DNA from: a virus
Lineage: Duplodnaviria > Caudoviricetes
DNA: 54,119 nucleotides
IMG/VR virus record: IMGVR_UViG_3300022939_001635
Location: 1-54,119 of that record
Direction: 5' to 3' (one strand)
A program made the translations under genes and the position numbers. Every line of letters begins with the position of its first letter. The first letter of the stretch is position 1. The notes below the pieces were generated by a model. The model was not told the DNA's origin and did not search any database. It worked only from the letters and a program-made list of their open reading frames with translations. Shown here one piece after another: positions 1 to 9,888 of the stretch.

Positions 1-439
1 CACGGTGAAATGGCTTTACACGTTCTACGTAGTCTTCAAACCAACTCATCGGACGACTACAGTTTGATGTCATATGAACGCTAGTATAATTAGTATTGTT
101 GACATCATCAGCTAAGTGACCAAGTATGTCCAAGTACCCTGGATGAAAAGTAGGCTCGCCCCCAGACAAACTAAAATGAAAACTATTAAAACCGTTATCA
201 CGTGCTTGCTTCTTTATCTCGTCTATAGTTGTTAAACACAACTCTGTTGGTCTATGATCTTTACGGTCGCTACGGGCGTAAGGCCAGCAGTAACTACATC
301 TATAATTACAAAATCTGCCTAACAACCAAGACACTGTAAAAATATCTCTGTACAACAATGTACGTTGTCCTACTTGGACAATATCCTCAAATGGTATTTT
401 AGTGAAGTCATAATTACTCCATTTTAAATCTTCAGTCAT
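1..439 (-). CDS. radical SAM protein, 3'-truncated by the window edge (missing from the ORF track)
   Basis: Manual translation from ATG at 439: MTEDLKWSNYDFTKIP...VSWLLGRFCNYRCSYCWP...FSLSGGEPTFHP...HMTSN. It has CxxxCxxC and GGEP and is open to base 1. Confidence 0.9.
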   Translation of the reverse strand, partial: MTEDLKWSNYDFTKIPFEDIVQVGQRTLLYRDIFTVSWLLGRFCNYRCSYCWPYARSDRKDHRPTELCLTTIDEIKKQARDNGFNSFHFSLSGGEPTFHPGYLDILGHLADDVNNTNYTSVHMTSNCSRPMSWFEDYVERVKPFHR

Positions 440-445
440 ATTTTA

Positions 446-1189
446 TTATAACAGCCTATAGTTTTTTGTCAATACTTTTTGTCGTAAAAAAGGTAGCATT
501 ACTTTCTTAACATATTCTTTATGTTGTAATCTACTAGGGTGATGATCATTTTTGTGCTGATTTCTCCAAGGCTGCTGTGTATTTTTTATTAACCATTCAT
601 ATTGCGATTCTTCTATAAAATACGTATAATCAATCATGTCTTTCAAACGATCAGTTTGTATATGTTTATAGTCTTCAGCTTTCCAATCGTCTTTATACCC
701 AGCAAAAATATATCTTATATTGTTTAATTTTAAATACCATTGTAAAGCTAAAATAGCTTCATACGATTCTACTAAACTATATGTGGTATTATCATAATTT
801 TTATACCAATTTGTTATATATCTACTACGCATACCTCCGGTAGCTAAACACCAATATCCATTTACATCCTCTTCTGGCCATATAACAGGATTGACTGTAT
901 CAAATTTTTCAGAAGTTGTATTCAATACTTCGCCAACTTTATAATTGTAAAATTCTTTATCATCAAAATAAAACGATTTTCTACTCGAGCCGCTCCACAT
1001 AACTACTACCAAAACATCATTAAAATTATCGAACTGTTGTAATTGATGAATTACTCTTCTAGTAATCATAGGATTTGAAGCAGATCCTATTCCCACATTG
1101 TACAAATCAAATTTAATAATGTTGGCTAGATGATTTGGCCAAGTATAATCTCCTGCTGTAAAACTACAACCACCCGTCACTAAAAGCAT
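446..1189 (-). CDS. SGNH/GDSL-like acyl hydrolase or transferase
   Basis: N-terminal GCSFT (block I-like), G-x-G-x-SN, and C-terminal DHHP catalytic-His-like motif. Confidence 0.65.
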   Translation of the reverse strand: MLLVTGGCSFTAGDYTWPNHLANIIKFDLYNVGIGSASNPMITRRVIHQLQQFDNFNDVLVVVMWSGSSRKSFYFDDKEFYNYKVGEVLNTTSEKFDTVNPVIWPEEDVNGYWCLATGGMRSRYITNWYKNYDNTTYSLVESYEAILALQWYLKLNNIRYIFAGYKDDWKAEDYKHIQTDRLKDMIDYTYFIEESQYEWLIKNTQQPWRNQHKNDHHPSRLQHKEYVKKVMLPFLRQKVLTKNYRLL

Positions 1190-2235
1190 TTTATCTCCTC
1201 AAACCATTCTGTAAATTCAGGTCTAATTTTAAGTATATTTGTACCCCGTACTTTGTCAAGGTCAGTAATCCATTTTACAAAATATTTTTGTAAATCTATA
1301 TCTTTTTTTCCTTGTGGGAAAAATTCTTTAGGTAAAACAGTGTGTACATTTAGCCATTCAGGTTTGTAAACAAAATTGCTGTTGTGTCTAACTTTGTGTA
1401 ATCCGTTGTCTTTCAACCATTTTATACCCTTTGCTGGTTGATCATATGTTACACAATGTATTGTATCAGCTATACTCATACTATGTACATTATCGTATAT
1501 TTTTGTCAATACATTTTTTACATCATCTAACTTGTGTATTCCACCTCTACTGTATTGATATACATCGTCTTCCCAAGCATCAACACTACAAAGTACATTT
1601 ATCCAATCAAATCTTTTAAAGATTTTTAAAAGATAGTCGTCAAAAAGAGTTGCGTTTGTTATAATTCTTAATTGTACTTCGGGAACACTTGTTGATAAAA
1701 ATTCTAAAAAATCTATAGCATCTTCTTGATACAATGGTTCGCCGCCTGAAATTTCTACTCCGCCTAAATTACGCCACCAATTTATATCTATTTCTTTCCA
1801 CCATTGATTGCCTATTGTGGTATGAGTTTCAATATGATAATTATAGCCGTATTGTTCGTTTAATTTTTTTTCATCTTTTATCCAAGCAGTACTTCTGCTA
1901 CTGCTACACATTATACATTTTAAATTACACTTATTACTAAAATCAATTTTTAAAAAAAACTTTTCACCATTTAATGTAATATCATTAATTTTTAAACGTT
2001 GACTTGTTCCAATGTTTTGCTCATTCTTTACACAAATATCACATGCACCAGGAATAGGTTGTGTTTCTAATATTTTGTATGCTTGTAAAAAATCTTGTTG
2101 CTGTGTTAATTTTACAAAATCTTGAGGTTTATCAAGTTTATAACTATGTCCAAGTTGAGGTATGCTACAACAAACTTGTGCTTTGTTATCATTTCTTAAC
2201 CATATGTGTTTTGATCCTGCTTGACAATATCTCAT
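1180..2235 (-). CDS. radical SAM protein with N-terminal Twitch-like Fe-S domain
   Basis: N-terminal YC...CC...CDIC; CNLKCIMC; SGGEP; ITNAT; SVD; C-terminal LDKVRG. Confidence 0.9.
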   Translation of the reverse strand: MRYCQAGSKHIWLRNDNKAQVCCSIPQLGHSYKLDKPQDFVKLTQQQDFLQAYKILETQPIPGACDICVKNEQNIGTSQRLKINDITLNGEKFFLKIDFSNKCNLKCIMCSSSRSTAWIKDEKKLNEQYGYNYHIETHTTIGNQWWKEIDINWWRNLGGVEISGGEPLYQEDAIDFLEFLSTSVPEVQLRIITNATLFDDYLLKIFKRFDWINVLCSVDAWEDDVYQYSRGGIHKLDDVKNVLTKIYDNVHSMSIADTIHCVTYDQPAKGIKWLKDNGLHKVRHNSNFVYKPEWLNVHTVLPKEFFPQGKKDIDLQKYFVKWITDLDKVRGTNILKIRPEFTEWFEEIKCF

Positions 2236-2990
2236 TTTAAGTTTTTTAATAGTTGTTTTTCTTTTAGAAAGTGTTTTTCTATTGTTTCTTTTTCGAATTG
2301 AAATCTGTCGATATCTACTTTTAATTCTTTGTATCCTGCATTTAATTGTCTAGATATTTCTTTTGCTAAAATTCTGTTGTTATCGCCTGTCAAATGATTG
2401 TATCTCATATCTATGATACCTTTTTTTTTATATTCCCAAATATTATAATGATCAAATACAGTTGCAGTTTCTTTCCATTGAATTTTATATAAATTATCTT
2501 CAGTATCAATTACATAAGGAAATGCATTTATACGAAATACTTTTGGATCTTTTTTTATATCTTCATAGATTAAATTGTAAATAATTTTATCTTTTTCAAC
2601 ATCCTGCATGTGTGCAAAATAATTTATAGCTGACTTAAAAAATAATTTTTCTTCTCCATTATGTAACTTTTCTTTTGCTATTGCAGAATCTATATTAGGT
2701 GCAGCTAAAACATAGCCTTCGTGGGTATTAGACATACGGCTTATTCTTGAATGATCTGTACAAACAAAAATAATTTTATCAAACTCATCTCTGTTTTCTA
2801 AATATTGTTTGTAACTATAATAAAAGCAAGTTCCCGGAACAGCAAAGTTTTTTATTTTCCATGACTTATACCGATCTCTTAAATAGTTAACCCAAGGTTT
2901 ACCAAAGTCGTCTAAGTACTTATAATTTTTGTATGCAGTGTATAACACTCTTTCGCTTGCAAAACTGCACCCAAAGATACCTAGTTTCAT
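2232..2990 (-). CDS. SGNH-like acyl hydrolase or transferase
   Basis: MKLGIFGCSF, NFAVPGT, C-terminal DMRYNH. Start moved to ATG 2990, which gives an ATGA overlap with the upstream stop. Confidence 0.6.
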   Translation of the reverse strand: MKLGIFGCSFASERVLYTAYKNYKYLDDFGKPWVNYLRDRYKSWKIKNFAVPGTCFYYSYKQYLENRDEFDKIIFVCTDHSRISRMSNTHEGYVLAAPNIDSAIAKEKLHNGEEKLFFKSAINYFAHMQDVEKDKIIYNLIYEDIKKDPKVFRINAFPYVIDTEDNLYKIQWKETATVFDHYNIWEYKKKGIIDMRYNHLTGDNNRILAKEISRQLNAGYKELKVDIDRFQFEKETIEKHFLKEKQLLKNLK

Positions 2991-4162
2991 AAATGTTTTC
3001 TCCAATAGTTTTTTATTTCAGTAACAATATCTAACTCTTTTGCTTGTCTTACATTATCTAATTTGTCATTCCAATCAATGAAATGTTTTACAGCATCTAA
3101 ATCTTGAGGCTTTTCTAATTCTGTTAATAGATCAGGTAGATAAAATTGATTTGGAAATTTTTCTAAAAGTCGTTGGACCTGTTGTTTGCTTTTTTCTTTT
3201 ATGTAATCAGGTGCATGTCTAGCTTGTAATTGCTTAGGTCCAGTTAACACTCTATATTCTATCCAATGAGATCCGTCATCTCTAAAGATATCTGCTTCCC
3301 AGTTCCAAAAATCTTCTACATCTAAAATATTGTAAATTTGAAATGCACCGTTTACTGTTAAAAGAATATTTTCTTGTTCTACATTTTGTATTTCTTTAAT
3401 TTTTTTATTTAATTGGTCAAAATCATAATTATATGCACGTATATAATTGTAAATTTCACCCGTTGCATCAACACTTATATTTAAATGCAATTTTTTTAAA
3501 TTTTTCAACATATGTAATTTGTTTACATCTACTTTACTAGCATTTGTATTCACAGTAACATTTATTTTTCCTAGATCACAATAATCTTTGAGTTTATCGA
3601 AAAACTCGTATACGCTATTATCCATAAATGGTTCACCGCCGGTAATCCAAATTTGTCTTAGGTCAGACAAATCCTCACCAAATTCTTGCAAAAATTTATC
3701 TGTATCAACCTGTTGCTTTGGAGGAATAGGAACACGTCTAGCATCTATTTTTTTCCAATCTGGAATCCAAGCATTACTAAACCAAGGACCGCACATTCGA
3801 CATTTAAAATTGCATATATTGTTAAAGTTCATGTACAAATGGTAAATTTTATTTCTATCTATATCTAAATTAGATTGGTATATTCCAGTTTCGCCTAGAT
3901 ATTTTTCTTCTCGTTCTAACCATTTTTGTCTTTGACTTTTTATTCCGTTTTGTTCTTTGTAAAAACAACTTTCACAACCTACTTCATCCCAAGTTCCGTT
4001 AAGCATGTTTTTTCTCAAAGATTGAAATTCATTATTACTGTATGTTTTATGTTCAATTGGTCCCATGGACCCTAAACTCATCATACAACGAGAAACATAA
4101 TTGCCAGGATTAGCCGTTAATGTTACAAACGGCATTGGACAGTATGTTTTTTTATTAAGCAT
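2987..4162 (-). CDS. radical SAM protein with N-terminal Twitch-like domain
   Basis: YCPMPF...RCMM...CESC; CNFKCRMC; TGGEP; NTNAS; SVD; LDNVRQ. Confidence 0.9.
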   Translation of the reverse strand: MLNKKTYCPMPFVTLTANPGNYVSRCMMSLGSMGPIEHKTYSNNEFQSLRKNMLNGTWDEVGCESCFYKEQNGIKSQRQKWLEREEKYLGETGIYQSNLDIDRNKIYHLYMNFNNICNFKCRMCGPWFSNAWIPDWKKIDARRVPIPPKQQVDTDKFLQEFGEDLSDLRQIWITGGEPFMDNSVYEFFDKLKDYCDLGKINVTVNTNASKVDVNKLHMLKNLKKLHLNISVDATGEIYNYIRAYNYDFDQLNKKIKEIQNVEQENILLTVNGAFQIYNILDVEDFWNWEADIFRDDGSHWIEYRVLTGPKQLQARHAPDYIKEKSKQQVQRLLEKFPNQFYLPDLLTELEKPQDLDAVKHFIDWNDKLDNVRQAKELDIVTEIKNYWRKHL

Positions 4163-5342
4163 TTGTTATTTCCTTATAAAAACTTTGCCATTCTGGAAAA
4201 GTAGTACAAAAGTCTTGCCCTCGTGTTTGATCTAATTTGTTTATAAAAAACAAAAATTGTTCTTTTAACTGCATACGTTGTGTATTACTTTTGCGTGTTT
4301 GTTTATATTGATTTCTTAACCATTTTTTATATTTTATTTTTTTCTCTGTAACAACATTAGATTTATTTAATTGTTCGATAATATTTGCAAATTGTTTTTT
4401 TGGAAGATATCCTAAACTCATAAATTCTGGATTTGTAACACTGTTAAATCCAATGTTCACATGTTTATATCTTTCCAAAACTTTTATCATGTGTTGAGCA
4501 TTAAGCCAAGATACACTACTCAAAAAAGATACATTTCCGTTGAAGTTTAAAAATTGTTCGATGTTATTTTCTACTTTTTTCCAATCATTTTTTCCACTGC
4601 GTAGATAATTATGTACATCTTGCATTCCATCGATGCTTAAACTAATATTTACTTTAGAAAAATTTTCTAATAGGCGAACAATATCTTTTTTACCGTATTT
4701 TATGAAACTAGCATTAGTGTTTATTAATATTTCAGTATCTAATTTATTTAAATTAATCATTTCTTCTAATAGCTGATATGTTCCTTCCATCATTAAAGGT
4801 TCGCCGCCTGCTAATTTTATATATCTAACATACGGCAAGTGCTGTTGCAAATCTTCCCAAGACACATTTGCTTCAATTAAACCAGTTTTATTATCATAGT
4901 TTTCTGGAACTTTATCTAACAATAAATGATCATTTAGCCAACTATTACTCGAAGATATACCGCAAAATCTACATTTATAATTGCATAAATTACTCCATCG
5001 AATATCTAACCATTCTAATTTAAAATCTTCGTAGGTGCCATCTTTTTGTGTATTTTTTATATAGTGTTTTTTTCTGTCATTAAACACTTTATTTGCTTGT
5101 GTTCTTAAACTAAATCCTTTTACTTTTTCATCTCTATAACATTCATCGCATCCTGGTAAATGTTCATCTGAGTCTAAAACTTTTTTCCTTAAATCTTTTA
5201 AAACACTGTTAGTAGCGCCGACTTTGTTTATGGTGTCATCCATATCAAAGTAACTTTTATGAACACAACAAGGTTTAGTCATTGTTTTATCTTGCGAAAA
5301 AATAAAATGATTCCATAAAAGTGCGCAATAATTATTTTTCAT
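4155..5342 (-). CDS. radical SAM protein with N-terminal Twitch-like domain
   Basis: YCALLW...PCC...CDEC; CNYKCRFC; AGGEP; NTNAS; SIDG; LDQTRG. Confidence 0.9.
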   Translation of the reverse strand: MKNNYCALLWNHFIFSQDKTMTKPCCVHKSYFDMDDTINKVGATNSVLKDLRKKVLDSDEHLPGCDECYRDEKVKGFSLRTQANKVFNDRKKHYIKNTQKDGTYEDFKLEWLDIRWSNLCNYKCRFCGISSSNSWLNDHLLLDKVPENYDNKTGLIEANVSWEDLQQHLPYVRYIKLAGGEPLMMEGTYQLLEEMINLNKLDTEILINTNASFIKYGKKDIVRLLENFSKVNISLSIDGMQDVHNYLRSGKNDWKKVENNIEQFLNFNGNVSFLSSVSWLNAQHMIKVLERYKHVNIGFNSVTNPEFMSLGYLPKKQFANIIEQLNKSNVVTEKKIKYKKWLRNQYKQTRKSNTQRMQLKEQFLFFINKLDQTRGQDFCTTFPEWQSFYKEITNA

Positions 5343-6049
5343 AATAGTATTCCTGTTTGTGATAAATCTTTTGTAACAGTAAAATACTTATTCACATTAT
5401 CTTTACTTATAATGTCATTTATGTTTAAATTTCCTTTTATATGTTTTACAAGATAATTTGCAAATTCTTTGTTTTGCTTTAAACTCATATGACAAGGTCT
5501 CAATTTGTTATCTTCAACACCTGAATACTTGGCTTTGTTTTTGTCTTCAAAATGATAATGATAATCTAATGATTGTATATTTTTTAAATTACTATCAGTA
5601 AAATCATCAAATGCATATAGTAACAAAATATTTGGATCATTAAATTGTAAACTATCAATGATGCTTTGTATATAAATTTTTTGATTGTTTGGATAATGAG
5701 AAACTTCAAACATTTTATTTTTATAGATTTTTTTATCTACATTGCTTAAATTATAGTTATATCTTTGTGTATTATGTTCAATTGTTTCATTAATGTTACT
5801 AATTCTAGTAGTCCATAGATGATCAAAATTATCAAAAAAACTAAATCTGTTGCTGTGTGTTAAAACAAATATATTTTTTTCATAGTTTTTATAATTTTTC
5901 AAAAAAATAGAATATGAATATACTGCACTAGATGCAGAAACTGCAAAATTATCAATCTTTGTATTTAAATTTTTTTCTAATAATTTTGGCCATGCTTGCA
6001 CATTACTTCCACTGTCTGCAAAACTATCGCCATAAATTGCTATACTCAT
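5339..6049 (-). CDS. SGNH-like acyl hydrolase or transferase
   Basis: IAIYGDSF (GDS block I), NFAVSASS, C-terminal RPCH. Paralogous to 2232..2990. Confidence 0.65.
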   Translation of the reverse strand: MSIAIYGDSFADSGSNVQAWPKLLEKNLNTKIDNFAVSASSAVYSYSIFLKNYKNYEKNIFVLTHSNRFSFFDNFDHLWTTRISNINETIEHNTQRYNYNLSNVDKKIYKNKMFEVSHYPNNQKIYIQSIIDSLQFNDPNILLLYAFDDFTDSNLKNIQSLDYHYHFEDKNKAKYSGVEDNKLRPCHMSLKQNKEFANYLVKHIKGNLNINDIISKDNVNKYFTVTKDLSQTGILL

Positions 6050-7215
6050 ATAAAATATTCCGTAAATTCTGGTACAATATGTATTAAACTTTGTTTTCTA
6101 CTTTTATCTAGTTGAAATGTGTAATCGATAAACTTGTCAAACTTATCGCTCCAGTCTTCTGCATACATATAATCAATTATGCCTTTTACTTTTGGAGTGT
6201 CTAAGTAAGGCATTAAATTTTCAAATGCTTTATCTTTAAGTTCAGGAGGTAACACTCTTATGTTAAGTTGCTCTGGATGATTTAAAATATTAAAATATAT
6301 TTTATGTTCATAAGGTAATGCCCACTCAATAAACTTATGTAAATGCAAAATATTGTACATTTGCACAGTACAGTGTATTTCAATATTTACTTTTCCTCTA
6401 TTTCTTACTTTTTTAAAATTTTGCTCAATTTTTATCCAATTACTTGGATATCTAATATATCTATCTAATGCTCCAATTCCGTCAATACTACAGTTTAATT
6501 GGATTTTTTTAAATTTATTCCATTTGTTTAACATTTTGTCTGGAATATTTGTTAAATTTGTATTATATTTTAATTTTATTTTATTTGATGTACCTTTTTC
6601 AATATAATAATCTAACAAACGATACTGTTCTTCGATAATTGTAGGTTCACCACCAGTTAAATATATTTCTTCAACCGAATCCGCTATCAATTCTAAATTG
6701 TCCCAAACCAAATCATTTGATGGCCAATCCATATTTTTTAATCTATTATACTCGCTTTCTTCTAGTGCATTTTCAACTAAGTGCCATTCTTTAACCCATT
6801 GATTACTTGCGTATGGATTGCACATACGACATTTTAAGTTACATAGATTTCCTAAACGTATATCAACATAACGTATAGTGAACGGTGCTTCTACAGTATA
6901 ATCTCTGTCTTGCGCCCATTTGTCATTCCAATTTTGTCTAGTGCTTGTTATACCAGCATCTTCTTCTCTAAAACAACGTGTACACATTTCAGGACGTTCG
7001 CCATTTAACATTTGTTGACGTATAGTTTTGTACGTTTCACTATTCCATGCTTCTTTGATGTTGTCTTTGTATATCCGATATCTTGTGCCATCTTCTTTGG
7101 TGATAAAATTCTTTCCAGGAGTGCTGTTACAGCATACACGTAAAATGCCACTGGCACTGGTTGCTAAACTCATCCACGGTAAAACACAAAATGTATCGCT
7201 AGGATTTTTTGTCAT
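6046..7215 (-). CDS. radical SAM protein with N-terminal Twitch-like domain
   Basis: FCVLPW...RVCC...CTRC; CNLKCRMC; TGGEP; YNTN; SIDG; YIRYPS; LDKSRK. Confidence 0.92.
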   Translation of the reverse strand: MTKNPSDTFCVLPWMSLATSASGILRVCCNSTPGKNFITKEDGTRYRIYKDNIKEAWNSETYKTIRQQMLNGERPEMCTRCFREEDAGITSTRQNWNDKWAQDRDYTVEAPFTIRYVDIRLGNLCNLKCRMCNPYASNQWVKEWHLVENALEESEYNRLKNMDWPSNDLVWDNLELIADSVEEIYLTGGEPTIIEEQYRLLDYYIEKGTSNKIKLKYNTNLTNIPDKMLNKWNKFKKIQLNCSIDGIGALDRYIRYPSNWIKIEQNFKKVRNRGKVNIEIHCTVQMYNILHLHKFIEWALPYEHKIYFNILNHPEQLNIRVLPPELKDKAFENLMPYLDTPKVKGIIDYMYAEDWSDKFDKFIDYTFQLDKSRKQSLIHIVPEFTEYFI

Positions 7216-8687
7216 GCTATGTCCTTATAATATGATTCTAATTTTTTCTCTAAAAAATGTAATTGTTTCTCATCCCATCTAACATTATACCCTAAATCAT
7301 TAGCAATTACACTTAATTCTTTTCTACGTTTTACTCTTACATCAAATGTTAGATCTTCAACAACTGTGCTTTTCCAAAACATCATATCTTTGTTATGCAC
7401 TGGCATATCATGCAAAGGAGAATCAGGAAGTATACCTAATGTTTGTCCTAAGTTAATATCTGCAACACTGCCGTTTGGGCCATCAGGATCAATTACACTG
7501 CTATTTCTATCTGCATAATATTTTAAAAATTTTATGTTTTCTTCATAATCTTCGTGTGTTTCTGTTGGATATCCAACTATAAACATTAATGTACAGTTTA
7601 TGTTATTCTTAAGTAATTCATCTATACTAAAATACATATCCTCGTTGGTAAATTGTTTATCCATGTGATTTCTAACATTTTCAGATGCAGATTCTATACC
7701 TATACTTGCCCAACGCATTCCTGCTTTTTTCATTAATTTGTAATCTTCTGCAGGACTTTGTCGTTCACTTCTTATAATAAACTGCCCACCCCATCTAATA
7801 GCTGCTTCTGGTTCCGGATTGTTTTCATGGTACTCTGCCATAACTTCGCAAAGTTCTCTAAATGCTTTCATACTACCGTTGATTAAACTATCGCTAAAAA
7901 AATGTGTTCTACTGCCATAAAGTTTTTTATTTCTAATTAATTCTTCAGCAATATTTTTTCCACTACGATACCTAAACTTTTTCCAAAAGGCACCGATATC
8001 GCAAAAACTGCAACGTCTAACACATCCTCTGCTACCAGTTAATGTAATTTTTTGAATACGCCCATAATCATCATAATAATCACTGTAATCAGGAAACGGA
8101 ATACTATCTAAATCGTCAATTTGATTATATGTAGTTGAGTTAATTCCTGGATAATTTAAATTTCCTTTTAAAAGTTCTACTAGTGCTAGTTCGCCTTCGC
8201 CGTCAATAAAATAATCAGCTAGATTTTGTTCCAACATAGTATCGCCATAGTCTTTTTTACCGCCCATTGTTACACCTAAGCCTGTCCCACCTAACACAAT
8301 TTTACTATCAGGCAACACTTCTCGTAACGACTTGCACAATATACTTGCTGATTTTTGACTGTTTTGACTAAACACACTGACTCCAATATACTCTGGTTGT
8401 AGTGGTGCTATCTTTTCTAAGACATAATCTCTATAGTAATCTAATAGTAAGTTGTATATTTCTTTATCTTGTGGATCGGCATGTATACCGCTATGCCAAT
8501 CTGCTAACAAAAAACTGTTTACTTTTTTACTGTCTTCTTTTCCAAAGTATTCTTCACTATCTCTAACAAGATCAAAACATCTACTTGTAAAACCATGAGG
8601 ATTTAGTGCTCCTTTTAAATAATAAATTGCAGGAGCAGGCACTCGTGTTTCCATTACAGGAGTGCTTATTAAAACAATATCAACCAT
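7212..8687 (-). CDS. cobalamin-dependent (class B) radical SAM enzyme, probable methyltransferase
   Basis: N-terminal B12-binding Rossmann-like region (IGVSVF, KIVLGG, GEGE), LDSIPFPDY, SRGCVRRCSFC, GIESAS, FIVGYPTET. Confidence 0.9.
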   Translation of the reverse strand: MVDIVLISTPVMETRVPAPAIYYLKGALNPHGFTSRCFDLVRDSEEYFGKEDSKKVNSFLLADWHSGIHADPQDKEIYNLLLDYYRDYVLEKIAPLQPEYIGVSVFSQNSQKSASILCKSLREVLPDSKIVLGGTGLGVTMGGKKDYGDTMLEQNLADYFIDGEGELALVELLKGNLNYPGINSTTYNQIDDLDSIPFPDYSDYYDDYGRIQKITLTGSRGCVRRCSFCDIGAFWKKFRYRSGKNIAEELIRNKKLYGSRTHFFSDSLINGSMKAFRELCEVMAEYHENNPEPEAAIRWGGQFIIRSERQSPAEDYKLMKKAGMRWASIGIESASENVRNHMDKQFTNEDMYFSIDELLKNNINCTLMFIVGYPTETHEDYEENIKFLKYYADRNSSVIDPDGPNGSVADINLGQTLGILPDSPLHDMPVHNKDMMFWKSTVVEDLTFDVRVKRRKELSVIANDLGYNVRWDEKQLHFLEKKLESYYKDIA

Positions 8688-9888
8688 TGACCCATTCCAC
8701 TATCTTTGGATCAATGTCTTCGTATTTTTTTGTTGTTATATTATCAAAAAAGTTTATTTGACGTTTTAGTGCTTCTTTATTAGTCGGTGCTTTGCTTAAA
8801 ACATCTATCAACTGTGTTATATTTGTATACTGATACTTAGAATAAAAATTACGTCTTTCTAACTTCTTACAAAAAGATAGTGCTTCTTGTTTTAATTCGT
8901 CAGGAAGATTGTTTGGTTCTAAACCCGGTTTATTAAGAACAGGTCTTACCAATATATATGGAACATTTGGATATCTTTCTGTTAAAAATTCAACAAGTTT
9001 TGGTAAACTTCTAATAGTTAAAGAAGATAGTGTTAAATCAAAAGAATCAACATGAAAGTTTTTGTAGTAAGAATCAATGACTTTGATTTTTTCTTGCCAT
9101 TCAACTCCTCCTGTGCGTTGGTAATTGTCAGTATCTTCAAATCCATCAATACTAATTCTTAAATTAAGTTTACCTTGCAATTTATCATTTTTGTCTTTAG
9201 GTAGTAATCTTGTAGCATTTGTATTAATTTCAATATAGGGATCTTTAGTAATATAAACTATTTTTTCTACATAGTCAGCAAAGTTTTTAATATAAAAAGG
9301 TTCTCCACCTGCCATGTATATCTTTTTACAATTATCATCTATGCTAGAAAAAATGTTTTGCCAACTTGATTCGTGTTCGGCCCAATTCAATTTACCGTAT
9401 TGATCTTTAATTGATTGTATGTGTCCTTGTGTTCTGTCTAATACATCAGTAGCATACTGAGGATAAAGTTTTAACCATTTGCTGCTATCTGACGGATGGC
9501 ACATTATACAATTTAAATTGCAGGTGTTTCCTGTACGTAAGTCTAAAGCTCTGATTATATTATCATCAAAGGTTGTTGCTTTTTTCATTCCAAGATGAAA
9601 ACACATACTTTTTAAATTGCGTGTTCTAAAACTCCATTCGTCAACATTTTTTTCATGATCATAACATATATCACATCCTGATGGACATTGTCCGTTTTTA
9701 ACTTGTTCACGTTTTTCTTTTATTGCCAAAGAACTGTAAAGTTCTTTTAATGGATAATTTACAATTGTACGGTCAGTATCATCTTCTAGTATAGTGTTAT
9801 TCTTACAACACATAGCAACTCTACCTTTATTATTGATAAAGGGAAAGTTATTTAAGTAGACACAATATCTATCATACGGTGTATTCAT
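8680..9888 (-). CDS. radical SAM protein with N-terminal Twitch-like domain
   Basis: YC...AMCC...CDIC; CNLNCIMC; AGGEP; NTNAT; SIDG. ATG 9888 preferred because of AGGA upstream; 9897 is possible. Confidence 0.88.
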   Translation of the reverse strand: MNTPYDRYCVYLNNFPFINNKGRVAMCCKNNTILEDDTDRTIVNYPLKELYSSLAIKEKREQVKNGQCPSGCDICYDHEKNVDEWSFRTRNLKSMCFHLGMKKATTFDDNIIRALDLRTGNTCNLNCIMCHPSDSSKWLKLYPQYATDVLDRTQGHIQSIKDQYGKLNWAEHESSWQNIFSSIDDNCKKIYMAGGEPFYIKNFADYVEKIVYITKDPYIEINTNATRLLPKDKNDKLQGKLNLRISIDGFEDTDNYQRTGGVEWQEKIKVIDSYYKNFHVDSFDLTLSSLTIRSLPKLVEFLTERYPNVPYILVRPVLNKPGLEPNNLPDELKQEALSFCKKLERRNFYSKYQYTNITQLIDVLSKAPTNKEALKRQINFFDNITTKKYEDIDPKIVEWVNG

